From a virus, in IMG/VR virus record IMGVR_UViG_3300041955_000884, positions 32,001 to 96,000 of that record: a DNA stretch of 64,000 nt; one strand, 5' to 3'. The notes beneath the pieces were generated by a model that saw nothing but the letters and a program-made list of their open reading frames with translations, ran no database searches and had not been told where the DNA came from. Both the position numbers and the translations under genes were made by a program. Shown here in pieces: positions 55,186-64,000 of this stretch (its first letter is position 1; each line of letters starts with the position of its first letter).

Positions 55186-55388
55186 CAGGCGGCTTCCTTC
55201 TTCGTCATCAATTCCTCAAGGCGGCGGAGGACGCGGAGCTTGTCCCGCTTCGGCAGCCGGAGCATCGCCTGGAGGGCGGCGGTGGCCTGCCATGAGCTGA
55301 GCTTGTTCGCGGCGTTGCTCTCGCAGTCCGGCGTGCACTGGCGGTAGAGGCCGCACGGGCAACCGCCGCCGTGGTCGAACATCGCCAT
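55185..55388 (-). CDS. Hypothetical protein
   Basis: Coupled ORF. Confidence 0.55.
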   Translation of the reverse strand: MAMFDHGGGCPCGLYRQCTPDCESNAANKLSSWQATAALQAMLRLPKRDKLRVLRRLEELMTKKEAA

Positions 55389-55627
55389 CAGCCGAACTCC
55401 AGCAGTTTGTCGGGGTGCGTGGCCTCGACGTGCGCAGCAAGCTCGGCATCGAGTTTCTCAATGACCGCTTCCAGCTCGGCAGACACGAAATTGGCGCGGC
55501 CATGCCGGCAGGCACGGATGAGCGCCCATGGCATCACCTCGTGGATGTCCACGACAGCATCGCAATAGGGGCACGACCAGGTGATGTGCGCCCTGGCGTC
55601 GCCACGCTCCGGCGGGAACGTCGCCAT
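55388..55627 (-). CDS. Small Zn-finger-like protein
   Basis: CPYC...H...H; coupled. Confidence 0.6.
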   Translation of the reverse strand: MATFPPERGDARAHITWSCPYCDAVVDIHEVMPWALIRACRHGRANFVSAELEAVIEKLDAELAAHVEATHPDKLLEFG

Positions 55628-56022
55628 CAGGAGCCGCCCGGCTTCGCCTCGTACGGCGCCGCCTCGAACAGCGCGCCGATGGCGGCCTCCGCTTCCTTGA
55701 TCCAGCCGCGCCAGAATGGGGCACCATCAAGAGGATTCGGGTCGTCCGGTGAAAACCTGTAATATCTGCATTGCGGTGTCGCCGCGCAGATCGCCCTCGC
55801 CGTCGTCTCCACGGCTGGCGTGACTGGTGACGTGTCCGGTTCCAACTGAGGGTCGGCACGCAGCCATGCTGTAATCGCGGCTTTCGCGGCGTCCTCCAGC
55901 GAGCGATAGTCGGCCTCGAAGAGGTGCGGCAAATCATCGCCGTACACGACAGCACCGATGGCAGCGGCCACCTGATTCAGTCTCTTCGTGGGATCACCGT
56001 TCCCGTGAGGATCACGCAACAT
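55627..56022 (-). CDS. Hypothetical protein
   Basis: AGGAG SD; coupled stop. Confidence 0.6.
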   Translation of the reverse strand: MLRDPHGNGDPTKRLNQVAAAIGAVVYGDDLPHLFEADYRSLEDAAKAAITAWLRADPQLEPDTSPVTPAVETTARAICAATPQCRYYRFSPDDPNPLDGAPFWRGWIKEAEAAIGALFEAAPYEAKPGGS

Positions 56023-56037
56023 GCTCAGTTTCTCTCC

Positions 56038-56466
56038 TTAATGCCACGTCGCCCGTGGCATGATGAGCAGCGGCGCGGCAGCGCGGTCGAACAGCGCCGT
56101 AACGCGGTGCTCCATCTCGTCGAGCAGGAGGCAGCGCTGCTGCCAGCGGGCGGTGCGCTGGGCGACGGCAGAGCCGCCGCGGCCAGCAGCGCGGTATTCC
56201 TTGTCAAGTTCGGTTTCGAGGCGCTCGGCGACGCGAACCGGGAACAACCAGCGCATGTCTCCACGCAGGAGCGCAAGACCGCGGAAGGCATCGCGGAGGC
56301 CGTGGACGCTCACCTTCGCCTCCAACGGTGTCCGCGCCGTCGAGCGCCGGGCAGCGAAGGCCGAGAAGCATTCCTTGAGCTTGCGGATGTGGCCGACGCC
56401 CTCGCGCAAGCATTCACGCTCCGTGAGCGCGCGGCCTTCGCGGAGCTGGCCGTCGATTTCAGGCAT
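56038..56466 (-). CDS. Hypothetical protein
   Basis: ATG overlaps the upstream gene end. Confidence 0.55.
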   Translation of the reverse strand: MPEIDGQLREGRALTERECLREGVGHIRKLKECFSAFAARRSTARTPLEAKVSVHGLRDAFRGLALLRGDMRWLFPVRVAERLETELDKEYRAAGRGGSAVAQRTARWQQRCLLLDEMEHRVTALFDRAAAPLLIMPRATWH

Positions 56467-56773
56467 TCGGGAAGTCCATGTCGAGCGGCTCGCCGGCCTT
56501 ATCTTTGATGCTGTCTGGATTGTAACCGGCGGCACGGATCGCCTTGCTGTCCTCCTCCCATCGCACACGCGCTTTCGCGGTGCTGGAGCCAGCCACAGCC
56601 GCCCACTCGGTCTGCACGTAGAGCGGCTTGCCATCGAGTTCCATGTACACAGTGTACGCCCTGAATGGCCTCCCATCAGCATCGTAGCCCGGCACGATGT
56701 CACCGCGATCCTCGAACAGGAACGGGACGCGCTCGTCCGGCGCGTCAGCGCGCGCTATTGTCCACTCGGTCAT
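56459..56773 (-). CDS. Small protein carrying a copy of a major-capsid segment
   Basis: FEDRGDIVPGYD..PF.AYT.Y shared with the MCP; AAGGA SD. Confidence 0.7.
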   Translation of the reverse strand: MTEWTIARADAPDERVPFLFEDRGDIVPGYDADGRPFRAYTVYMELDGKPLYVQTEWAAVAGSSTAKARVRWEEDSKAIRAAGYNPDSIKDKAGEPLDMDFPNA

Positions 56774-56946
56774 TTTCTTTCCTTTACCTTGGCCCGTTCG
56801 AAGAGTCGGCACCAGGCATTCGGTTGTATCGGCCCGACAACCAACTCGCAGGACCGCGGTGGCCGCCAGTGCTGGCAGACGGAGCAGTGGCGCACGGGCG
56901 AGCCTCGTCCGTAGTGTACTTGGGACTTTCGGAGCTTCTTGGTCAT
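56770..56946 (-). CDS. HiPIP-like 4-Cys protein (58 aa, below the track cutoff)
   Basis: Y...CSVCQHW.PP.SC.LV.GPI.PNAWC.LF; coupled at both ends. Confidence 0.65.
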   Translation of the reverse strand: MTKKLRKSQVHYGRGSPVRHCSVCQHWRPPRSCELVVGPIQPNAWCRLFERAKVKERK

Positions 56947-57758
56947 CCGAAGAACGTCACGCCAAGCGGGACGACGACCAGCGGCGACCGGCGACGGGCC
57001 AGCTCCGCGCGCAACTCCGATTCCGAGAAGCCGCCGACGTATGTCCGCTTGCGCTGATTTGCGGCTTGTTCCCTAGCCGTTGCCCAACGCACATTGTGAG
57101 GCTCATAGTTGCCGTCAACGTCGATCCGATCAAGCGAATGACGCTTGCTGGGACGGGGACCAGTATCCGAGAGAAAAGCCTCGAAGTCGTTTTCCCACCT
57201 GTCGCAGACCTGGATACCACGGCCGCCGTAGTTGACGTACTCCTTTGTCTTTGGGTTCCGACACCGGCTGAGCATCGTCCGCCAGATGCCGTACTCGCTC
57301 ATCGAGGACTTGCCGTGCGTGCGCCGCAAGGCGCCAATCTTTTCGACGTTAAGGCAGCCACAAGATCGCGTCGTGCCTGCCCGAAGGTTCATTTGCGCGA
57401 CCTGCTTTTCCGCTCCACAATCGCAGCGGACGCCCCACGACCTCTGCGGTCCGACGCCAGAAGGACCGTTCACAACCATAAGGCGACCGAAGCGATCTCC
57501 GATGTGCACGACCGGGCAACGCTGGAGAGCCGTAAATTCCGCCTTGCGGCAACCGCACGACTTCGACCTGCCGCTCTGCAGGACCCCGATTTCGACGGAG
57601 CGCTCCTTCCCGCACACGCAGCGAACGGAGCACGCGGGCGCTGCGTCTCCATAGGGATTCGGCGCGTCCTCCAGAATGACCGTCCAGTAACCGAAAGCGT
57701 CACCGACCGCTGGCCGTGGACGACTCGACTTAGACCAGCCTTTGACGCCCTTTGGCAT
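56943..57758 (-). CDS. HNH-type homing endonuclease
   Basis: Two C.CG..SCGC repeats; YGGRGI.VC.RW; SLDRID.DGNYEP.NVRWAT. Confidence 0.9.
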   Translation of the reverse strand: MPKGVKGWSKSSRPRPAVGDAFGYWTVILEDAPNPYGDAAPACSVRCVCGKERSVEIGVLQSGRSKSCGCRKAEFTALQRCPVVHIGDRFGRLMVVNGPSGVGPQRSWGVRCDCGAEKQVAQMNLRAGTTRSCGCLNVEKIGALRRTHGKSSMSEYGIWRTMLSRCRNPKTKEYVNYGGRGIQVCDRWENDFEAFLSDTGPRPSKRHSLDRIDVDGNYEPHNVRWATAREQAANQRKRTYVGGFSESELRAELARRRSPLVVVPLGVTFFG

Positions 57759-58048
57759 CAGCCGCCGCCCTCAATGCGCTCCGGGCCCCCCGTTTCCTGG
57801 AACACTTCCGTCGCCACATGGCGGCTTAGGTTGTCCTGGACGAACGTCGGCATCAGCGAACGGCCAACTGGCCCGAATTGCGTCAGGTACGCAGTCACAG
57901 CATCGCCGCGTTCATTCCAGGTCACCAAGGCGAACCCGGCAAGTCGCTCGTCGTGCTGCTCGATCCCGTACTTCACGCTTCGGCCAAGACACCGCCGCAC
58001 CTGGGCCAGCCGCTCCTTCGCCGGCTTAATCTCCCGGATTTCAGCCAC
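57758..58048 (-). CDS. Hypothetical protein
   Basis: Coupled GTG start; LAGFALVTW. Confidence 0.6.
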   Translation of the reverse strand: MAEIREIKPAKERLAQVRRCLGRSVKYGIEQHDERLAGFALVTWNERGDAVTAYLTQFGPVGRSLMPTFVQDNLSRHVATEVFQETGGPERIEGGG

Positions 58049-58505
58049 TGTCGCAGAGTTCCGGCTGGCGGCGGCGTAGGATGACCCAACGCTGCTCGTC
58101 AAGATGAACCGCTGGCTCGGCCACTGCCGCGTCGAAGACATCACGCTCCGCGATCTCGTCTTCCGGTTCGCAAGGCCGCGACGCCAGGATGAGGGCCGTT
58201 CCGCCGCCGGGTTCGCCCCAAGCGTAATCCAGCCACGTCATCGGCGGCACGTAGAGCGCCTCGCCAGGAATGAAGCTGAACCTGTCGCGGCGACCGCCGG
58301 TGTCGCAGTTCACGAGCAGGGCGTTGACGGCGGGCACGAGCAACAGGTGGCAGAGGCGGTAGGCGCGGGCACCAGCCCAGATGTAGGCCCGCGGCGCGCT
58401 CACGGTGAGGCAGCGCACGGCCTCGAACGGGATCGGGTCTAGCGTCGCCAGCGTGGTGCAGCCGTCCAGCTTACGCTCTGGAACGAATTTCAGGAGGCGG
58501 GTCAT
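58041..58505 (-). CDS. FdtA/QdtA (WxcM)-like cupin, degenerate active site
   Basis: IPFE..R, CH..L, D.G, LYVPPM.W, LILAS.. Confidence 0.65.
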   Translation of the reverse strand: MTRLLKFVPERKLDGCTTLATLDPIPFEAVRCLTVSAPRAYIWAGARAYRLCHLLLVPAVNALLVNCDTGGRRDRFSFIPGEALYVPPMTWLDYAWGEPGGGTALILASRPCEPEDEIAERDVFDAAVAEPAVHLDEQRWVILRRRQPELCDSG

Positions 58506-58834
58506 ACGCCGGGCTCCGCGTTGCATGTAACGGCGCCGCTACCGTCGGGCACATTGATAGTCGCCATTTCGGCGAGATAGCGGTCTACCGCTGTCCGCAA
58601 CGCATTGAGGTACTCGCCACACGGCGCCAGATCGCCATCGAACTCGGCCGCGCACTTGCTGTAGGCCACGGCGCTGCCGACGACGGGGACCATCGCATTG
58701 AAAATGCGGCCCTTTCGCTTCAGATCGGCGTTCTCCTGGCGCAGCCGTTTGGCGTCGGACGCCTGGATGCCCCACGCCTCGCGCAGGTGCGCGACGTCAC
58801 GGAAGCCAGCGAGTGGGTTCGGGATGTCGGTCAT
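58502..58834 (-). CDS. Hypothetical protein
   Basis: Coupled to the portal stop. Confidence 0.55.
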   Translation of the reverse strand: MTDIPNPLAGFRDVAHLREAWGIQASDAKRLRQENADLKRKGRIFNAMVPVVGSAVAYSKCAAEFDGDLAPCGEYLNALRTAVDRYLAEMATINVPDGSGAVTCNAEPGV

Positions 58835-60735
58835 GAAGCACCCGCTGGTTGCGCGCCACCACCGACGGTCGAGCCGAACCCTGTTAGAGCAGAAAGGGCA
58901 CTCTGGCCACCCCCGATGTCTGCCTGCCCCAGCGTCTGCGCCGTATTCGCGGCGTGCTGGGCGGCGATCATCGCCTGGGCGGCCTGCTGCTGCTTTGCCC
59001 TGGCGGCGGCGAGTGCCTTGACCTGGTCTGGGCTGCGGATGATTTTCTTCGGGATGAACAGCACATCGGACATCTCGCGACCCCATTCGACGACGTCCCA
59101 GAGGTCAGCAATTTCCGCATGGAGCTGTTGCTGCGCATTCATCTGGTTCGCGAACTCGGTGAGCGATGCCGACATCGAGGCCTTCGAGGCCAGCGCGAGA
59201 ACGCCGACGTACTCGACCCCGAGGGGGACGCCGATAAGCGAGCGCGGCAGCGGCGGCAGGAGGTTTTTCCGGTTCGCAATGGAGAACACACGGCGGATGG
59301 CCGGACCGAGGCCCTCATTCTGGAGGCGCTCGACGACGGGACCGAGGATTTGCAGCTTCTCCTGGTTCCTAGCCGCCACCTCGTAGGCGGTCATGTCCTT
59401 CTTCGTTTGCTCCAACATAGCGAAGAGGTCGTTAAAGAATCCCTCCCTGGTCCGGTTCTGGATCATCAGGATGGTGTCGGCGAACTCCCTGATTTCCGGG
59501 TTCACGGTATAGGCTGGCCGCATGCCGACGTCAGCGGAGAGCTTCGGAACGTAGGTCAGCTTGCCCGGCAGCACGCTCGCCGGCTCGTTCTTCATCTCGA
59601 TGCTAGCCAGCATCGGCGGCCGGACCATCTTCTCCTGGGCCTCGGCCATGCGGCTCGTCATCACCTGGAGCTGCAGGATGTCCGGCAGCACGTCCATGCC
59701 GACGCTGCGGCCATAGGCGTCATTGGACGTGACGGACCAGCGGGGGCAGATGAAGGGCGGCTCATGGAAGCCGGAGAGGGCCAGCGGCCACTCGTTGGAG
59801 GCGCCCCAGACCCAGTAGGCCTCCCGCCAAGCGAAGCCGCCTGGGACGACGCCCTCGGCATCGTCCATGCCGGGGGCATTGATGGGGCTGTTCGGCTCAA
59901 TGATGTGCGCCACCAGCCGCTCGACCTCGAGGGCGCCGCCTTTCTGGCGCCACATCGCCTGGACCTCGGGCGGGCAGTTCTCCAGTTCGAACATCTCCAC
60001 CATGGCCGCGATGGTCATGACGAAGAGCCGGCTGAAGACGCCGACGCGGTTGCCGGATGACGAGGACAGCAGATACTCCCCGCAGCACGGGGTATAACAG
60101 CGGATGAGGTCCTGGGCGTCCTCGTAGATGAGCATCGGCCCCGTGCCGAAGATGACCAAATCCTCAAACATCTGAGCGGCTTCGTCGTAGAAGTTCGAGC
60201 GCGCCATGATGGTATGCAACCGGTCCTCGACCTCTTCGAACCACTCGATGGCGTCCGGCGGGGCTTCGGAGCGGTCGGCCAGGGCGGGCTTGAGCTTGAA
60301 CCATTGCCGCGACGGCGACATTTCGTTCGACATGATGCCAGCGGCGCAACGCCGGGCAGCGTAGGTTCCTGTCGGGTCGACGATATTCTGGTTGATCGGC
60401 ATGCCGCGGATCATGGTGTTGGGCGTCGGCATGGCGGTGTTGATGAAGATACCGCGACGGGGCTGGATGTAGGCCTCAAGAAGCTGGTAGTGCATCATCC
60501 AGGACTGGCGCCACGAGCGTTGTAAATTCACCCGCGCTTCTGAGTGATGCCGGATGACGGCCCAGTTGCTATTCGTCCCTTGGGGAGCGCGTTTTTGCTT
60601 TGGTTCCGCTGGCGTCGCCGCAAGCCGAGCGGCACTTGCACCCGCGTAAGAAAGACTCGGCCGCTTGCGTTCGGCCCGTTTTGGGCCAGGGGCCTGCGCG
60701 CGTGCCGCGCCATAGCCGACATTCGTGTCGGACAT
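58831..60735 (-). CDS. Portal protein (head-tail connector, Bbp21-like)
   Basis: D.TG..A, SPSRQWF, SNFY, DL..FGT, RW....D.YGRS, TAYEV...EKL..LGPVVERL..E.L.P.I. Confidence 0.95.
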   Translation of the reverse strand: MSDTNVGYGAARAQAPGPKRAERKRPSLSYAGASAARLAATPAEPKQKRAPQGTNSNWAVIRHHSEARVNLQRSWRQSWMMHYQLLEAYIQPRRGIFINTAMPTPNTMIRGMPINQNIVDPTGTYAARRCAAGIMSNEMSPSRQWFKLKPALADRSEAPPDAIEWFEEVEDRLHTIMARSNFYDEAAQMFEDLVIFGTGPMLIYEDAQDLIRCYTPCCGEYLLSSSSGNRVGVFSRLFVMTIAAMVEMFELENCPPEVQAMWRQKGGALEVERLVAHIIEPNSPINAPGMDDAEGVVPGGFAWREAYWVWGASNEWPLALSGFHEPPFICPRWSVTSNDAYGRSVGMDVLPDILQLQVMTSRMAEAQEKMVRPPMLASIEMKNEPASVLPGKLTYVPKLSADVGMRPAYTVNPEIREFADTILMIQNRTREGFFNDLFAMLEQTKKDMTAYEVAARNQEKLQILGPVVERLQNEGLGPAIRRVFSIANRKNLLPPLPRSLIGVPLGVEYVGVLALASKASMSASLTEFANQMNAQQQLHAEIADLWDVVEWGREMSDVLFIPKKIIRSPDQVKALAAARAKQQQAAQAMIAAQHAANTAQTLGQADIGGGQSALSALTGFGSTVGGGAQPAGAS

Positions 60736-61382
60736 CAGCAGGCCCCCCAGAACATCTCAATCGGGAAGTGCGGTTCGTTCCACGGCTTTGCGGGAGCTTC
60801 CCATCGCCGCTTTGCGGTCGCGGTCGCTGCGGCGCGGCGGGAGTTTTCCGCTTGCGTGATCCACTCGCAGTTGCCAGGTTCGTAATTGCCCCAGGCATTG
60901 CGGCGTTCGATGCTCAAGTCGTCAGCATAACCATGCGAAAGCGCCCACGCCCGAAAAGTGAGGAAATCGCGCCATTCCTCGCAAACGCTGATTCCTTTCG
61001 TCCGATAGCAGGCCATCGGGTCGCCCGCTGGGCCGCAGCGCTCGCGGATAGACGCCCATATACGCCAGAGCCTGTTCTTCGAGCCTCGCTCGACGCCAAC
61101 AAAGTCGCCATGCGTGGTCTTCGCCCTCGCTTGTCTCGCACCGGAGCAGGCGCGGCACCCGGGCGTCTTTGTCTGCTTTAGCCGATACGTCGCGAGGGTG
61201 ACTTCCCCGCCGCAGTCGCAGGCACAGCGCCACTTCGTCGTTTGGCGCGGCTCGGCGATGCGCTCCTGAATGACAAGACGCCCGAAGCGCGCCCCGACCT
61301 CGACGCCCAATTCGGCTATAATCGGCGCCGGCAGATCGCGGCGCTGGCGTGCGACGCCGTAGCCGACGTTGGTGTCGCTCAT
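60735..61382 (-). CDS. HNH-type homing endonuclease with portal-like N-terminus
   Basis: FGRL, W.C.CDCG, GISVCEEW..F..F..WA...GY...LSIER....GNYEP.NC.W. Confidence 0.88.
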   Translation of the reverse strand: MSDTNVGYGVARQRRDLPAPIIAELGVEVGARFGRLVIQERIAEPRQTTKWRCACDCGGEVTLATYRLKQTKTPGCRACSGARQARAKTTHGDFVGVERGSKNRLWRIWASIRERCGPAGDPMACYRTKGISVCEEWRDFLTFRAWALSHGYADDLSIERRNAWGNYEPGNCEWITQAENSRRAAATATAKRRWEAPAKPWNEPHFPIEMFWGAC

Positions 61383-61645
61383 GCGGCTGGTTTCCTTTCC
61401 ACGACGCGGAGGGGCGCCGGCTCCTTGGGGCCGAACGGCTTCTTCGTCATCAGGCTGCCCTGGGCGATGTAGGACTCGAAAAACACGCAGAGCGAGAACA
61501 GGTGCGGAATGGGCTGCAGCTCCGGCCTCGCGGCGATAACCTTTGCGGCGCACTCGCACGCGGTGGTCCTGGCGGCGAACGCATCCCCTTCGGTGGCCCA
61601 CTCATCGTGCGCGCGGCGCTTCCGGCGCACTACCCGCTCGCTCAT
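61379..61645 (-). CDS. Hypothetical protein
   Basis: Coupled to the HNH start; GGAG SD. Confidence 0.55.
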   Translation of the reverse strand: MSERVVRRKRRAHDEWATEGDAFAARTTACECAAKVIAARPELQPIPHLFSLCVFFESYIAQGSLMTKKPFGPKEPAPLRVVERKPAA

Positions 61646-61878
61646 GCTGCGGCTCCGTCGAATGCGAGAAGGGGCATTCCCACGAAGCGCAGCATCAGCG
61701 CGTCGCCCACGCGCGGAAGCGGCCCGGCTCGCTGTGGCAGCCGACGCTAAGGGCGAGCGCAGAAACGGAGCTGAGAAGGCGGCGGCGGTAGGACATGGAG
61801 GCGGCGCAATCCTGGCGTCAGGTTGCGCGGCCGGGTCCTCCGTGCCGCAGTGGGGCGGAGAGTAGGCGGAACGATGGG

Positions 61879-62208
61879 CTAAATCAAGCGGGCGTTCCAG
61901 TCCGGCGGCGGCATCCAGTGCGTGACCGGCCGAAGTTCGTCGGCGCACCAGCCGGCATCAGGGTGCCAGGAGCATGCGGTCTGGAAGGACGGCAGACCTT
62001 CGTACTCGGCCACGTAGACCCAGACCGGGCGATCGAGCGGGGCTGTGTCGATTGGCCGCCAAGTCCAATCCTGCCGTGCGCCATCCAGGCCGTGAAACGC
62101 CTTAAACTCGCGTAGGGTGGCGCCGACGGATAGGACCGGAGGCGCCATGACAGCCGGAGCACAGAGGGCGGCGGCGAGGCCAGCGAGAAGGCCGCGGCGG
62201 TTAAGCAT
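61879..62208 (-). CDS. DUF551-like protein with Tat-like N-terminus
   Basis: NRRGLL.GL; WRPIDTAP...VTHWMPPP. Confidence 0.7.
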   Translation of the reverse strand: MLNRRGLLAGLAAALCAPAVMAPPVLSVGATLREFKAFHGLDGARQDWTWRPIDTAPLDRPVWVYVAEYEGLPSFQTACSWHPDAGWCADELRPVTHWMPPPDWNARLI

Positions 62209-62599
62209 CGACACGGTTTCCTGGGGCGCCCCTGGCGGAAAAGCGCGCGTGGGAAGCGCGAAGCGCGGAGTCTCGGACGTATTCCTCTGCGTTCCCGAAG
62301 CGAAGGCCGGGTTGCCTGCTGCTGTTGTCGTACCAGCCGCCGGCCGTAAGCCATTCGTACTGGACGCTCATCGAAGTATCATAAAAGGGATCGCCGCCGT
62401 CCCAATAGCGGTAAAGCCTACTGACAACGCCAAGTTGAACGCCGGTATCCAGGTCGAAAAGCTCATCGCCGACCCTGTACCTCGCGTAGTCGGCCATGTG
62501 AGCGTCCATCCAGGCCTTGCGCTTCGTGAGCGCGGCCCCTACGTCGGCGTTGAGCGCGGCGAGTTCTGCGGAAAGCTGCTCAAGGTCGACCATCGGCAT
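62201..62599 (-). CDS. Hypothetical protein
   Basis: GC3-rich ORF in operon. Confidence 0.6.
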   Translation of the reverse strand: MPMVDLEQLSAELAALNADVGAALTKRKAWMDAHMADYARYRVGDELFDLDTGVQLGVVSRLYRYWDGGDPFYDTSMSVQYEWLTAGGWYDNSSRQPGLRFGNAEEYVRDSALRASHARFSARGAPGNRVDA

Positions 62600-62758
62600 C
62601 CTTCGGCGCGAACTCTGCGCGCCACGCTTCGAGGGACCGGCGCCAAGCGTCGCAGTCGGCAAGCCAGCGCTCTAGCGCCGCGTCGGCGATGGCGTCCGCC
62701 AGCCATGCCCGCTTGGCGGCGCGGTCGCGAGCGCGGGCGGCTATCGTGCGGCGGGGCA

Positions 62759-63103
62759 TCAGCGCACCAGCGCATGGGTTGCCACGAAGGCCTGGGCATG
62801 GACGAGCGCCGTCCTGGCCTCGTCGACGAGGTCGGTCGGACGCGTCCCGGTCCAGCGATGAACAGCGGCGGCGGCCTTGACGCGGCGGACGGCGACGCGG
62901 CGGTCAGCTCGGCCGGCTGCGCGCCGCGTGTGAGCTGGCTCCCGCTTGAGCCTGGCCAGCCGCCGCGCTTCCCGCGCAATCCGCCGCTTCCGGTTCTTCT
63001 CGCGCTGGCCGCGGTCGCGGTAGGCTTTGCACCGCGCGCTGTTCCGGCCGAGCTTGCGGCCCTTGGCCTTCGCTTTCTTCGGGCCGGCGATGGCCTCAGC
63101 CAC
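62759..63103 (-). CDS. Basic hypothetical protein
   Basis: K/R-rich; coupled GTG. Confidence 0.5.
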   Translation of the reverse strand: MAEAIAGPKKAKAKGRKLGRNSARCKAYRDRGQREKNRKRRIAREARRLARLKREPAHTRRAAGRADRRVAVRRVKAAAAVHRWTGTRPTDLVDEARTALVHAQAFVATHALVR

Positions 63104-63443
63104 GGCGCGGCTCCCTGCCTTCCAGCTCAGCGATGCGGTCGTAGCAGCGCTCAAGCTCGCCCTGGAAGGAGCGGCGCTCGTGGTAAGCGGCGTTGGCCTC
63201 GTGGGCGCGGCAATAGGCGGCGACGCGGGCAGCGAATGCAGCCTCCATGTGCTCCCAGAGGTCGAGCGATAGCTTCGGCGGCTGCCCGCTCCGCACCTCG
63301 GCCTCCAGCAGCCTCGCAAGCTGGCGGAAGAGCAGCCGGAACTCCAACCGCATGCGGTCCTCGCCGGGCAGGCGCTCCATCATCTCGCAGGCTGTCTCGC
63401 GGGGACGTGGCGTCGGCAATGGAGGCGCGAGGCCGACTGTCAT
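63096..63443 (-). CDS. Hypothetical protein
   Basis: GAGGAGG SD; coupled. Confidence 0.6.
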   Translation of the reverse strand: MTVGLAPPLPTPRPRETACEMMERLPGEDRMRLEFRLLFRQLARLLEAEVRSGQPPKLSLDLWEHMEAAFAARVAAYCRAHEANAAYHERRSFQGELERCYDRIAELEGREPRRG

Positions 63444-63649
63444 CGCTTCGCCTCCTCGTCGTCGGTGAATGTCTGGGCGAGTTCGACCATCCGCGCCTTC
63501 CCAGCCCGGTAGCGGTAGACGACAGTGCCGTAGAACTCCGGCGGCATCGCAGGGGCCTGGCGCAGCATGTCGCGCGGTCGAGTCGCGATGGCGCGATGGA
63601 CGGCGTCGGGAGCAGGAAGCGTGGAGCGAGGCTGAACGAGGTCGGGCAC
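63440..63649 (-). CDS. Hypothetical protein
   Basis: GGAGG SD then GTG. Confidence 0.55.
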   Translation of the reverse strand: MPDLVQPRSTLPAPDAVHRAIATRPRDMLRQAPAMPPEFYGTVVYRYRAGKARMVELAQTFTDDEEAKR

Positions 63650-63680
63650 GGCGCGCGGTTCCTCCGCTATGCGAATCGGC

Positions 63681-63923
63681 TCAGCCGAGAAGGCTGCGCG
63701 CCGCTGTAGTCGGTTGGTTCGCTCCGGTCAAGCCGCTGGGGCCGCCGACATTCGTAAGCGTCCCGCCCATGGCAGCGCCGGCGGCAGCGGCGGCCATCGC
63801 ACGCTGGTTGTTCCCGGCCATCGAGACAGCGGGGTTTGCCATCGTCGGAGGCGTCGCGGCTGGCGGCGCGGGCGGAATCGCAGGCGTTGCGGGAATGCTT
63901 GGACTGCTAAATAATGCCCCGAT
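63681..63923 (-). CDS. Small pre-portal virion protein with probable ATC start
   Basis: AGGAGG-N6-ATC; (M)GALFSSPSIPATPAIPPAPP...ARSLLG*. Confidence 0.7.
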   Translation of the reverse strand: MGALFSSPSIPATPAIPPAPPAATPPTMANPAVSMAGNNQRAMAAAAAGAAMGGTLTNVGGPSGLTGANQPTTAARSLLG

Positions 63924-64000
63924 GTCACACCTCCTGATACCGAGTATCGTTTTTAGAGACTATCACAGAAGCAACTCCAGCCGTTTACCTTTTACGATAT

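Noticed and set aside
26809-56716. Diversity-generating retroelement (TR/VR), given BPP-1-like genes and the MCP repeat
   Set aside because: No reverse transcriptase in the window, and repeat differences are synonymous rather than adenine-specific
62117-63709. 530-aa plus-strand ORF
   Set aside because: Antisense to a chain of coupled minus-strand genes; low-complexity R/A/G product

Overview
High-GC (about two-thirds G+C) tailed-phage or prophage segment with BPP-1/T7-like podovirus morphogenesis genes; the host is probably an alphaproteobacterium (inference). Most genes are on the minus strand. From right to left the virion module runs: small virion protein, portal, an insert of about 30 kb, Bbp19-like protein, scaffold, major capsid, cement and small proteins, tail tubular A and B, internal virion proteins, and a DarB-like polyvalent protein of more than 3,260 aa (ART + N6-MTase + SNF2 helicase) that runs off the left edge and is absent from the ORF track. 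The insert holds an Acb2/Tad1-like anti-defence gene, sugar-modification and nucleotide-pool enzymes, and a 5.6-kb minus-strand array of 39 tRNA genes covering all 20 amino acids, plus several non-tRNA structured RNAs. Eleven HNH/EndoVII/GIY-YIG genes are spread across the window. Best candidate for an undescribed system: the tRNA array lies behind a leaderless 40-codon leader ORF that samples 31 codons and 18 amino acids, coupled to mutually exclusive antiterminator and terminator hairpins, i.e. a general translation-stress attenuator. Other highlights: two genes nested in +1 frame inside the giant protein, a small protein copying a major-capsid segment, scaffold-tail mimic motifs, and homing endonucleases flanked by recoded duplicates of target gene ends. 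All calls are by manual reading; no database searches were run.
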